From the NCBI GenBank assembly GCA_046714595.1, contig JBKKAS010000027.1, positions 1 through 40,648 of the forward strand: 40,648 nucleotides of DNA. Direction: 5' to 3'. The notes under the pieces are model-generated. The model saw nothing but the letters and a program-made list of their open reading frames with translations. It searched no databases and was not told the DNA's origin. Shown here piece by piece: positions 10,239-18,061 of this stretch. The stretch is from Pyrinomonadaceae bacterium (lineage in GTDB: Bacteria > Acidobacteriota > Blastocatellia > Pyrinomonadales > Pyrinomonadaceae). Every line of letters begins with the position of its first letter. The first letter of the stretch is position 1. Both the position numbers and the translations under genes were made by a program.

Positions 10239-10778
10239 AGCTCCAAGCTGCGTCACCATCGTGTTCACGGTCCTACCGGTCTTCAGGAATTCGCCCTTGA
10301 GCGGACGGTCATCTATTTCCAGATTAAAATTCTGAGAAAGATCACCTTGCGCCACGGCACCGATGACGCGGGCGACCTCCGTCGTCGGCTGCGCTAGATC
10401 GGTGATAAGAGTGTTTACGGAATTTATGCACGAGGCCCATCCACCCGATGGGTTTGTCAGGGTCGCACGCTGCGCGATCTTACCTTCCTTACCCACGACC
10501 TCGCTGATTCGGCCGAGCTCGGCGCACAAGTTATCATTTTTCTCGATGACCTCGTTCAGCGCGTCGTAAATTTGTCCCGTCACTCCTTCAGCTCTCGTCG
10601 GAATCCGTCTGGAAAAGTCGCCGTTTTTTACGGCCGACAAAACGGTCAACAAAAGCTCGTGATCGAGGTAATCGGATTTGGAGTGTCCGTTGATTCGGCG
10701 GTTTTCCCCGTTCTTCGGGCCAGAACTTCCGCCGCGCTTCTTGGTGCGCGCGGCCTTGCCCGCTGTCAGAGCAGCCAT
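9963..10778 (-). CDS. Poly-HAMP kinase N-terminal fragment (271 aa), ending at an in-frame TAG that replaces a repeat-consensus Ser codon
   Basis: ATG at 10778 is preceded by GGAG (rc 'ggagaaaataaaATG'). There is no TM segment. The protein has degenerate HAMP-like segments, then a full 92-aa repeat that stops at '..NTMVDQLS*', where every other repeat reads 'DQLSSFASE'. It is in the same frame as 4887..9941, with 7 sense codons in between. Confidence 0.8.
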   Translation of the reverse strand: MAALTAGKAARTKKRGGSSGPKNGENRRINGHSKSDYLDHELLLTVLSAVKNGDFSRRIPTRAEGVTGQIYDALNEVIEKNDNLCAELGRISEVVGKEGKIAQRATLTNPSGGWASCINSVNTLITDLAQPTTEVARVIGAVAQGDLSQNFNLEIDDRPLKGEFLKTGRTVNTMVTQLGAFASEVTRVAREVGTEGKLGGQAQVKGVSGTWKDLTDNVNLMANNLTGQVRNIAEVTTAVANGDLSKKITVDVKGEILELKNTINTMVDQLS

Positions 10779-10946
10779 TTTATTTTCTCCTGTCTTGTTA
10801 ACCGCTCGTCAGCATCGCTCGTGTAGGCGCGGCGTCGGGCGCAGTATGGGTTTCTCGAACTAGTGGGCTCTTCAATTATAGGGACACCCGAATTGTTTTT
10901 CCAGCATAATTTGCCACTATCTTCTGCCTGCGAGGGTTAAAATACA

Positions 10947-10962
10947 TGGCACGGCAAATGCT
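10947..10962 (+). promoter_or_regulatory. Candidate sigma54 (-24/-12) promoter for the zinc-ribbon membrane protein gene
   Basis: 'TGGCACGgcaaATGCT' against the consensus TGGCACG-N4-TTGCW. The GG and GC dinucleotides are correctly spaced, with one mismatch (A for T at the first T of TTGC). It lies 42 nt upstream of the ATG at 11004, with an AGGAGG Shine-Dalgarno at 10987-10992. Confidence 0.45.
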
Positions 10963-11003
10963 TTTGCGGTTGTAGTTACAAGATTTAGGAGGAATTCACA
11001 ATT

Positions 11004-11849
11004 ATGTCGATGATCTACTGTCCTGAATGCGGACACGAAATCTCAGGTGCGGCTGTCGCGTGCCCCAACTGCGGGCGTCCATTGTCTGCTGCACGGCCGG
11101 TGATCGAGCGAACCCCCATCGTGGCGGTGCCGAGACAAAGCGATGGCGTTCCGAATTGGATATTCATTCCGCTCGGTATTATCGGCGCCGTGTTGCTGAT
11201 CGTCTTTTTCGTTGTTATGAGTCGAAATAGCGACGACTCGAATCTCAACGTGAACGTCTCTGCTTCGAGGCGTGGCTCGACGGATGTGAATCGGGGCGAG
11301 ACCTCCACATCCACAACAACGATTCCTTCTACTTCGTCGATTCCTCCTGGTTCGTCCGATACACAAACGGTTACCGTTCCCGGAACACAAACCGGTGTGA
11401 CAACAGCACCGCCCGTGACAGGCAGCGTTATGATCGACGCAAAGATCGCGGGTCGAACGGGAACTCCGCAACCGGTGAAACAAGAGAAGTTTTATCTTCT
11501 TGACAAGGATGTCGAAAGTATTTTGTCAGAGGCCGGATTGCAACCGATCGAAGGACAGAGCCTGCTGAACAGTTTTGGACTTTCGGTGCTTTACCCGGAC
11601 AGGTATGACGATTTCAATCGGAATGCGCTTCGGGCGATCAAGGGCCATATTAAGTACGCCGGCACTACAGACGGTTCGGGAAAAGCCGAACTCGGCGGTG
11701 TCCAACCTGACAATTATTATCTTTTCGGAGTGACAAAGTCCGGGCGCGGATTCGCGATATGGAGCTCGCCGGTTTCGGTAAATGCCGGGCAGAATGCCCT
11801 AAACCTGGCGCCGCAGCGTTTGACGGAAATGGAGATCGCCCCTTCGTAG
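11004..11849 (+). CDS. Zinc-ribbon domain membrane protein (N-in zinc ribbon, one TM, Ser/Thr-rich linker, extracytoplasmic domain)
   Basis: 'YCPECGHEISGAAVACPNCGRPL' is a CxxC..CxxC zinc ribbon. TM segment 'WIFIPLGIIGAVLLIVFFVVM'. An S/T/P-rich linker is followed by a roughly 140-aa C-terminal domain of unknown family. Strong SD (aggagg). Confidence 0.75.
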   Translation: MSMIYCPECGHEISGAAVACPNCGRPLSAARPVIERTPIVAVPRQSDGVPNWIFIPLGIIGAVLLIVFFVVMSRNSDDSNLNVNVSASRRGSTDVNRGETSTSTTTIPSTSSIPPGSSDTQTVTVPGTQTGVTTAPPVTGSVMIDAKIAGRTGTPQPVKQEKFYLLDKDVESILSEAGLQPIEGQSLLNSFGLSVLYPDRYDDFNRNALRAIKGHIKYAGTTDGSGKAELGGVQPDNYYLFGVTKSGRGFAIWSSPVSVNAGQNALNLAPQRLTEMEIAPS

Positions 11850-11875
11850 ACGTCAGAGGATCTCATTACAAAAAG

Positions 11876-11907
11876 AAAAACGGTAAGCCTGTGCTTGCCG
11901 TTTTTTT
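11876..11907. terminator. Bidirectional rho-independent terminator
   Basis: 'aaaaa CGGTAAGC ctgt GCTTGCCG ttttttt': an 8-bp stem (one G-U pair) and a 4-nt loop. A T7 tract follows and an A5 tract precedes. It sits between convergent genes. Confidence 0.8.
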
Positions 11908-11942
11908 GGTTGGTCAGGGCCATCGATTACCTTCACCGGAGT

Positions 11943-12650
11943 TCACCCGCCGGCTTCCTTCGTGCCAATTCTCTCGATCTCCTCGCGGAGTTTAGGTATG
12001 GCATTGTTGGCAGCGTCCGCCTGTTCCAGTCTTGCGAGCGTGGCCGACGCGTTCTGCTTATCCGCTTTTTTTGTGTACGCGACCGTCAGATTTTGCAGCG
12101 CCTGTATGTGATTCGCATCGACCTCGAGAACCCGTTTGAATTCCTGTATAGCACGATCATAATCCGGGCCATCGCGAAATATGAACGTCAATCCCAGATC
12201 AGTGCGGACGTTCAGGTCTTCCGGCTTTTTGGTCAACGCCCTGGTGTATGTCATTTCCGCATCCTCGTATTTGGCGGCGTCGAACATCGCGTTTCCGAGA
12301 TTGACCAGCACATCGTAATTGTCCGGCTGCAGCTCATTAGCTTTCTTTAGAAACTCTACCGCACCGTCGAACCGCTGTATCTGGTAATAAAGCTCGGCGG
12401 CTTTCATCTGTGCATCGAAATCGCTTGGATTCTGTTTGGCCTTTTCGATCGCGGCCTGGACCTCGGGTATCGCTCCACCTCCACCACTACCCGGAACCGC
12501 CGGATGGCCCGAGGGAAGCGCCGCTGTCTGCTGCATTCCTTGCGGCGTCGGCACTGCGGATCCCTGATTGACAGAGTTGGCGAAAAAGAACCCGATGATA
12601 AAACCCAGTAGAAGACCGACGACTACAAACAAAGTATTTTCTTTTGACAT
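11943..12650 (-). CDS. Membrane-anchored TPR repeat protein (possible CcmI/NrfG-like apocytochrome chaperone; speculative)
   Basis: I prefer the ATG at 12650 ('MSKENTLFVVVGLLLGFIIGFFFAN..'), which gives an N-terminal TM helix and starts 8 nt after the stop of the upstream ccsA-like ORF. The track's 289-aa version adds an implausible Arg-rich extension that overlaps that ORF. The C-terminal part shows TPR-like periodicity ('AELYYQIQRFDGAVEFLKKANELQPDN..'). Confidence 0.75.
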   Translation of the reverse strand: MSKENTLFVVVGLLLGFIIGFFFANSVNQGSAVPTPQGMQQTAALPSGHPAVPGSGGGGAIPEVQAAIEKAKQNPSDFDAQMKAAELYYQIQRFDGAVEFLKKANELQPDNYDVLVNLGNAMFDAAKYEDAEMTYTRALTKKPEDLNVRTDLGLTFIFRDGPDYDRAIQEFKRVLEVDANHIQALQNLTVAYTKKADKQNASATLARLEQADAANNAIPKLREEIERIGTKEAGG

Positions 12651-12658
12651 AGTTCTTC

Positions 12659-13370
12659 TTAAGCGTAGGAGTGCAGGCCAGGCAAGAGATAGCTTACTCC
12701 CAGATAGGTGAATATCACGAATAGAAAAGCGACGATGGCGAAATAGGCGGAGTGTCGTCCCTTCCATCCGTACGCAATCCGCGAGTGTAGAAATCCGGCG
12801 TATGTAAGCCACGCGACCAGCGCTGCGAGTACCAGAATTAGCCCGGCAAGCGGTAACGAGAGTGCCGCGATCAGCCTGAAATGTTCGCGACGCATTATCA
12901 GCAGCGTCGTGATCCCCGCTCCAAACGCAAAAGCAAGGCTCAGGTCATACAGATTCGCGAACGGGACATAGCGAAATGCCCACGGCATATCCGCAGCACT
13001 GCGTCCCTGGCCGATAAATATATCGAGCTCGCGATCGTACGCCGCAACCCATCTGACGAGCCAGCTCGACCGATTGAAGAAAAACTCCAAGCGTCGCGGC
13101 CCACAGACCCAGACGTTCGGCCAGTCGAAACGGAGCGTAGAAATTTGTGAGATAAAAAACCGCCGCGATCAAGTACGATGCGAGCCCGAGCATCATCAGA
13201 GCGCTATCAGAAATAAACCGGTCGCCACCGAAACTGATGCGCCCCGCAACAAGCAGAAGCGATCCACCAACCGCAATCACCGCCGGCAGAAACGAGCCGA
13301 GTGTCGCGAGCGGGGTGTCTCGTCTCTCACTTGCTAGTACCAACGGCTGTTCGAGGACTTCCTGATTCAT
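12659..13370 (-). pseudogene. ccsA/resC-like cytochrome c biogenesis (System II) gene, frameshifted and apparently lacking the Trp-rich WWD motif
   Basis: Two overlapping ORFs (12945..13370 and 12659..13090) in different frames. Removing one base from the A5 run at 13080-13084 joins them into '..LGLWAATLGVFFNRSSWLVRWVAAY..'. The C-terminus 'WLTYAGFLHSRIAYGWKGRHSAYFAIVAFLFVIFTYLGVSYLLPGLHSYA' matches the conserved CcsA end. 'PFANLYDLSLAFAFG' matches the 'P.sNlYEsl.f' segment. No 'WG.YW.WDPKE'-type motif is present in any frame. Confidence 0.6.
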
Positions 13371-13623
13371 GATGTCTGCGCGCAGGAGTCACAACCCGGG
13401 GCAGTATTTTTTCTTCGAGGGTGGACATTATTTATGTGCGGAAAAGCTGTCGACCAGAGGTCGTAGGAGTCGTGTGCAACAAGCTTTCGCGGCGGTAACA
13501 CGTTTTCGGCCTGGATAACACACCGTAAACGCAGCCGCGGTTTTAACGGAGTAGACGTGTGAAATAACCCGTATTAAGGTTCGGATGTTTTCATTAAACT
13601 TAGCAGGAGGCGTCGGATCTTCA

Positions 13624-13639
13624 TGTGACGGCTGTCACA
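13624..13639. promoter_or_regulatory. Perfect CRP-type palindrome TGTGA-N6-TCACA upstream of the plus-strand cytochrome operon
   Basis: 'TGTGAcggctgTCACA', centred at 13631.5 and ending 61 nt before the ATG at 13700. The hexamer 'TATCAT' at 13661-13666 is placed as a -10 box for a class-II (-41.5) arrangement. Confidence 0.6.
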
Positions 13640-13699
13640 CTCCATCGCCGGATACTGGAATATCATTAAGTAATAAACTGGAAAAGGCCTCACACGTCA

Positions 13700-14866
13700 A
13701 TGCTAAAACGCTCGGCCACCACGAACATGATGGTCCGGGCATCGGTCGTAGCTCTTTTCTCCTTTCTTGCGACGATATTTCTTTTTTATTCCGATGATCT
13801 GGTAGTCAGCGTTTTGTCTCAAGCTCGTGCCCGGCGCGCGCCAAAATACTCGGAATTTCCGCACGACTCGAAGGCTCATCAGCTAGCTTGCTCTTCCTGT
13901 CACAATTTCCCGTCAGCCAACTGGAATACGGTTCGGGCTGCGCCGGCAGCGATTCCCGACATCACCGATTACCCGAAACACGAGTCTTGCTTGAACTGTC
14001 ATCGGCAGCAGTTCTTCCGCGGGGCCAGGCCGGCGATCTGCTCGATCTGCCACACGAATCCGAGTCCACGCGACAGCGCGCGCCACCCTTTTCCAAATCC
14101 GAGAGAGATCTTTGACGCATCGCCGAAGGGCAAGCAGGCAGTTTCGGATTTTGAAATTAGCTTTCCGCATGCCAAGCACATCGACATCGTAACGGCGGCA
14201 GGTGCTACGCGTTCGACATTTCGAAACGCTTCTTTTTCTACGGGACGTATGGCTGAGGAGAGCTGCTCGGTTTGTCACACGACAGTCCATCCGCAGGGGT
14301 CCTCGACCGAAGAGTATGTGACCAACCCGCCGGCGACACTTGGCGATGGCTTCTGGCTCAAGAAAGGCACGTTCAAATCGGTGCCCCTCGGCCACACCGC
14401 ATGTTTCACCTGTCATTCACAGGATTCGGGTATCGCCCCGCCGCCGTCCGACTGCGCGACGTGTCACAAGATCAAACAAGCGGCACCCGCCGCCGACTTC
14501 GATGCGAAACTTGCCGCCCGGATCGGCGTGATGGACCGCATCACCCTGGATGCCTGGCGGAAACGGGATTCCTCCGGGACCTTTCGACATGAATTTCCTA
14601 GCCACACCGAGCTAAGCTGCGACACCTGTCACAACGTTCAGACGATGAACACCCTTGACGCGAAGACGAAGCGCGTCGGCGTCGCGTCGTGCAGCATGTG
14701 CCACGTTACGGCGACCGTAGACGATGGAGGTGCGATGAATTTCGAAGTTCAGTCGCGCAAAGCCAACGCAGCTTTCCAGTGCACTAAATGCCATGTGGTT
14801 TTCGGCTCGAATCCGATACCTCCGTCGCATATTCAAGCGATTATTGAGAGCGGTGGTAAACCGTAA
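13700..14866 (+). CDS. Nonahaem c-type cytochrome, three c7/c3-type trihaem modules, N-terminal signal/anchor
   Basis: Nine CXXCH motifs: CSSCH, CLNCH, CSICH, CSVCH, CFTCH, CATCH, CDTCH, CSMCH, CTKCH. 'F.H..H....C..CH' signatures recur ('FPHDSKAHQLACSSCH', 'FRHEFPSHTELSCDTCH'), as in Geobacter PpcA-type c7. Hydrophobic N-terminus 'VVALFSFLATIFLF'. An alternative start at 13727 is possible. Confidence 0.9.
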   Translation: MLKRSATTNMMVRASVVALFSFLATIFLFYSDDLVVSVLSQARARRAPKYSEFPHDSKAHQLACSSCHNFPSANWNTVRAAPAAIPDITDYPKHESCLNCHRQQFFRGARPAICSICHTNPSPRDSARHPFPNPREIFDASPKGKQAVSDFEISFPHAKHIDIVTAAGATRSTFRNASFSTGRMAEESCSVCHTTVHPQGSSTEEYVTNPPATLGDGFWLKKGTFKSVPLGHTACFTCHSQDSGIAPPPSDCATCHKIKQAAPAADFDAKLAARIGVMDRITLDAWRKRDSSGTFRHEFPSHTELSCDTCHNVQTMNTLDAKTKRVGVASCSMCHVTATVDDGGAMNFEVQSRKANAAFQCTKCHVVFGSNPIPPSHIQAIIESGGKP

Positions 14867-14867
14867 A

Positions 14868-15731
14868 ATGATAACCGGTGCCAAAAACAATCCTGATTCG
14901 GATCTGCGTCCTCGACGGGATACCGGGGTTGTTGCGCTCGGTGCCCTGTTTCTCGTGTTCTGCCTGATCGTCCTGGCTTATGCCGCTGAACCCCCGGAGA
15001 TAACGGGCCACGAGCTGCCGCCGCCGAACGAAATGCCGACTCAGGATTTTTCGCGATTCCGCCATGACACGGCGCAACATAACAGAATGCCGTGCCTCGT
15101 TTGCCATGTCAGAAGCGACAAGAGCACGTCGCCGAAAATGCCCGGGCACATTCCATGTTCGTCATGTCACGCGCAAGAGTTCGCGGCGGGTAATCAACAT
15201 CCCATCTGCTCCATCTGTCATACTGCGACCGATGTAAAGAAATTTCCGCCGCTCCGGAGTTTCAATGCCGTCTTCGACCACGGACGGCACCTGCGGCAAA
15301 CGAACTGCGCGACATGTCATAAGCCGACGAGGCGTGGTGTAGCGCTGTCGATACCATCGCGGGTGAATGCTCACACGACGTGTTTTCAGTGTCATGGTCC
15401 GCAAACTATGGTGGGCGGCAAGAATATAGGGTCGTGCTCGACGTGTCACCAGCCCGGGCGACTTGTGCGAACCGCGGAATCTGCACGCGCGTTCGCGGTC
15501 AACTTCAGCCATACGGAACATTCGCGAAAAGGGCTAAGGTGCTCGGAATGTCACACAGTTCGCTCGGGAATGCGGCGCGGGGCGCAGGTCACGTCGCCGT
15601 TAGCATCGATGCACTTTGCTCGCGCCGGTACCACCAGTTGCGCGGCGTGTCATAACAATCGACGCGCATTTGGCGGAAACGATTTTTCGGATTGTAGAAA
15701 ATGTCACGAGGGAAGAACGTTCAAGTTTTGA
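14868..15731 (+). CDS. Nonahaem c-type cytochrome, three c7/c3-type trihaem modules (paralogue of the upstream gene)
   Basis: Nine CXXCH motifs: CLVCH, CSSCH, CSICH, CATCH, CFQCH, CSTCH, CSECH, CAACH, CRKCH. Signatures 'FRHDTAQHNRMPCLVCH', 'FDHGRHLRQTNCATCH' and 'FSHTEHSRKGLRCSECH'. TM/signal segment 'VVALGALFLVFCLIVLAYA'. I place the start at ATG 14868, 1 nt after the upstream stop; the track's 14793 start overlaps the previous gene. Confidence 0.9.
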   Translation: MITGAKNNPDSDLRPRRDTGVVALGALFLVFCLIVLAYAAEPPEITGHELPPPNEMPTQDFSRFRHDTAQHNRMPCLVCHVRSDKSTSPKMPGHIPCSSCHAQEFAAGNQHPICSICHTATDVKKFPPLRSFNAVFDHGRHLRQTNCATCHKPTRRGVALSIPSRVNAHTTCFQCHGPQTMVGGKNIGSCSTCHQPGRLVRTAESARAFAVNFSHTEHSRKGLRCSECHTVRSGMRRGAQVTSPLASMHFARAGTTSCAACHNNRRAFGGNDFSDCRKCHEGRTFKF

Positions 15732-15910
15732 GGCTATGATCGCGAATAAGTTCACGACCATGTTGTATTTTCTCGCACCCGTCGCACCGGGAGTAGAGGC
15801 GGGTTCGGTGGTTTCGCGGGTAAATAAGCGGTTTTGCCAACTCGAACGAGTGGGCATGATGGTTGCACAAGCAACAGTGACAGATCATCACGGGTCAGAC
15901 GCCCGCTGTC

Positions 15911-16255
15911 ATGCTTATGACTATCAATCGTATAAAACTACTCGCGACTATCGCCTTCGTGCTGCCGATGGCAGCATTTTCTGTTTTTCGAACAACACCG
16001 GCCGCTGCGATCACGTTGGCATTGGACGATCCTGCAGCCGCATACAAAACAAAATGCGCAATGTGCCACAGTCCGAAAGCAGAAAAGTTTTATGATCCTG
16101 CCATGTCGCAGGACCAGCAGATAGAGGCCGTCCTGAAGGGCAAGAAAGGTGAGAAACCCCCTCACATGCCCGCGTTCGAGCCGAAAGGTATGACGGCAGA
16201 AGAGGCGAAGGCGCTGGTTGAGTATATGCAAGGATTGAGAAAGCCGGCGCCGTGA
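15911..16255 (+). CDS. Monohaem class-I cytochrome c (small periplasmic carrier; same position in the parts list as MtoD)
   Basis: 114 aa with a signal peptide ('LLATIAFVLPMAAFSVF..AAA'), a single 'CAMCH', and a downstream 'PPHMPAF' that offers a candidate Met sixth ligand. Confidence 0.85.
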   Translation: MLMTINRIKLLATIAFVLPMAAFSVFRTTPAAAITLALDDPAAAYKTKCAMCHSPKAEKFYDPAMSQDQQIEAVLKGKKGEKPPHMPAFEPKGMTAEEAKALVEYMQGLRKPAP

Positions 16256-16419
16256 TGATCTGACAACTCTGCAGCAGGCAGTGAGGTCAGCATCGCCTTT
16301 GGGCAGCTTCGCGCAACGACCGATCGGTCTTGCAAAAAGCTAACCATTGGCGGTGCTGAACCGCATTCTAAAAACGCGGTCAGTGTCGGATCGGGACTCT
16401 CATCGGCTTGGAGACAATT

Positions 16420-18042
16420 ATGAGCGAAGAAACCGGGAAGACCGCGGACGATCGATCCAGCGAAACAGTTTTGCAGACGCACGGCTTGCTGCGCAATTAC
16501 GTAAGCTTTCTCGGCATCGCGCTCGCTGCGGCGAGCCTGACGAGTATTGCGCTTCTGGTTTTGATCGAGCTATCCTCGGGCGACGACAATCCGTATACAG
16601 TCCTTGTCACATACATTCTTCTGCCGGCGGTGCTCGCGTTCGGCTTATTTCTTGTCTTCGCCGGTATGCTGCTGGAAAGGCGGCGCCGACGTAAGGATCC
16701 CGATGGGCACATCACACCGTATCCGATACTGGATCTGAATGATCCGTCACGCCGCCGGACGGTCATCGTCTTTCTTTGCCTCTCGTTTGTATTTCTTTTT
16801 CTCAGCGCTTTTGGCAGCTACCGGGCATACGAATATACCGAGTCGGTCGCCTTCTGCGGAACGCAGTGTCACGCTGTGATGAAGCCTGAGTTCGTCGCGT
16901 ACAATGCATCGCCACACGCCCGCGTGAGCTGCGTCGAATGCCACGTCGGTCACGGACCGGAATGGTACGTCCGCTCGAAGCTCAACGGGATGCACCAACT
17001 GTACGCCGTGACATTCAACACATACGATCGCCCGATCAAGACGCCGCTGCACAATATGCGTCCGGCGGATCAGACCTGTGCGAAATGTCATTGGCCGGAA
17101 AAATTTCACGGCGACCAGCTCAAGGTTTTCAATCATTTCGGATTTGACGAAGTAAGCTCGCTTAATCAAACCCGAATGCTGATCAAGGTCGGCGGCGGCA
17201 GCCCGGATTCGGGTGAGGTCGGCGGTGTCCACTGGCACATGAATGTCGCCAATGAGATCACGTACATCGCGACGGACGAGAAAAGACAGGATATTCCGTG
17301 GGTAAGGTTGAAGGATCGTGACGGCAGGATCACAGAGTACGTTTCCAAGGGCGCGTCGCTGACGAAGCAGCAGATCGAACAATCCCCTCAGCGAAAGATG
17401 GATTGCATCGACTGTCACAACCGCCCGGCGCATATTTATCTTTCGCCAAATGAAGCGGTAGACCGCTCGCTGACGGCCGGTAAGCTTGATGTGTCACTTC
17501 CCTACATAAAGGCCCGTGCGGTCGATGTCCTGTCCGCGCCGTACACAACAACTGAAGAGGCTCTCGCGGCGATCGAGAAAGGGTTGACGGACTTTTATCG
17601 AACGACGTACCCCGAGATTTTCACCACTAAGACGGGATCGATAACGGGTGCCGTCGCTGAAGTAAAACAGATCTATCAGACCAACTTCTTCCCGGAAATG
17701 AAGACCGACTGGCGGGCCCACATCAACAACATCGGCCACTACAACGCCCAGGGATGCTTCCGATGCCACGACGGCCAGCATGTCAGTCCCGAGGGCAAGA
17801 TGATCCGCAATGACTGTAGCATCTGCCATACGACGATCGACCAGACATTCGGCGGCAAGACGTTCCAGGCCGCGAGCCGGACGTTCCAGCATCCTGTAAA
17901 TCTTGGCGACAAAAATACCTGGCAGTGCGCCGCCTGCCATAAAGGTGACCGGCCGTTCAAACATCCGTTGAATCTCGGCAACATCTCGCAGTTTCAATGT
18001 AGCGAATGCCATACGGGTGGCTTTGAGAAGGTGAAGTTTTGA
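16420..18042 (+). CDS. Membrane-anchored multihaem cytochrome with NapC/NirT-like N-terminal module (putative quinol dehydrogenase), 7 CXXCH + 1 CX3CH
   Basis: Three predicted TM helices come first. Then 'FCGTQCHAVMKPEFVAYNASPHARVSCVECHVGHG....DQTCAKCH', which follows the NapC/NirT layout. Further motifs: CIDCH, CFRCH, CSICH, CAACH, CSECH. I prefer ATG 16420 (GGAG 7 nt upstream) over the TTG at 16408. Confidence 0.85.
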   Translation: MSEETGKTADDRSSETVLQTHGLLRNYVSFLGIALAAASLTSIALLVLIELSSGDDNPYTVLVTYILLPAVLAFGLFLVFAGMLLERRRRRKDPDGHITPYPILDLNDPSRRRTVIVFLCLSFVFLFLSAFGSYRAYEYTESVAFCGTQCHAVMKPEFVAYNASPHARVSCVECHVGHGPEWYVRSKLNGMHQLYAVTFNTYDRPIKTPLHNMRPADQTCAKCHWPEKFHGDQLKVFNHFGFDEVSSLNQTRMLIKVGGGSPDSGEVGGVHWHMNVANEITYIATDEKRQDIPWVRLKDRDGRITEYVSKGASLTKQQIEQSPQRKMDCIDCHNRPAHIYLSPNEAVDRSLTAGKLDVSLPYIKARAVDVLSAPYTTTEEALAAIEKGLTDFYRTTYPEIFTTKTGSITGAVAEVKQIYQTNFFPEMKTDWRAHINNIGHYNAQGCFRCHDGQHVSPEGKMIRNDCSICHTTIDQTFGGKTFQAASRTFQHPVNLGDKNTWQCAACHKGDRPFKHPLNLGNISQFQCSECHTGGFEKVKF

Positions 18043-18061
18043 TTTGATGTAGAGCGGCGAC

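Noticed and set aside
7614-10397. Long plus-strand ORFs (7614..8786, 390 aa; 8332..8871; 9157..9546; 9696..10397, 233 aa) opposite the poly-HAMP repeats
   Set aside because: They are antisense to a clearly real kinase gene. Their products are Arg/His/Val-rich and low in complexity, and they merely inherit the 276-bp periodicity of the sense strand. They are shadow ORFs.
12651-12812. N-terminal extensions offered by the track (TPR protein to 12812, second nonahaem from 14793, barrel from 20231, NapC-like from TTG 16408)
   Set aside because: Each extension overlaps the upstream gene and adds Arg-rich non-protein-like sequence. Internal ATGs give proper signal or TM N-termini and sensible intergenic spacing, several with GGAG upstream.
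15876-15891. 'aGTGAcagatcaTCACg' upstream of the monohaem cytochrome gene, considered as a third CRP-type box
   Set aside because: The half-sites are separated by 7 nt rather than 6, and the outer T/A positions do not match. It also sits only 20-35 nt from the start codon. This is too weak to call.
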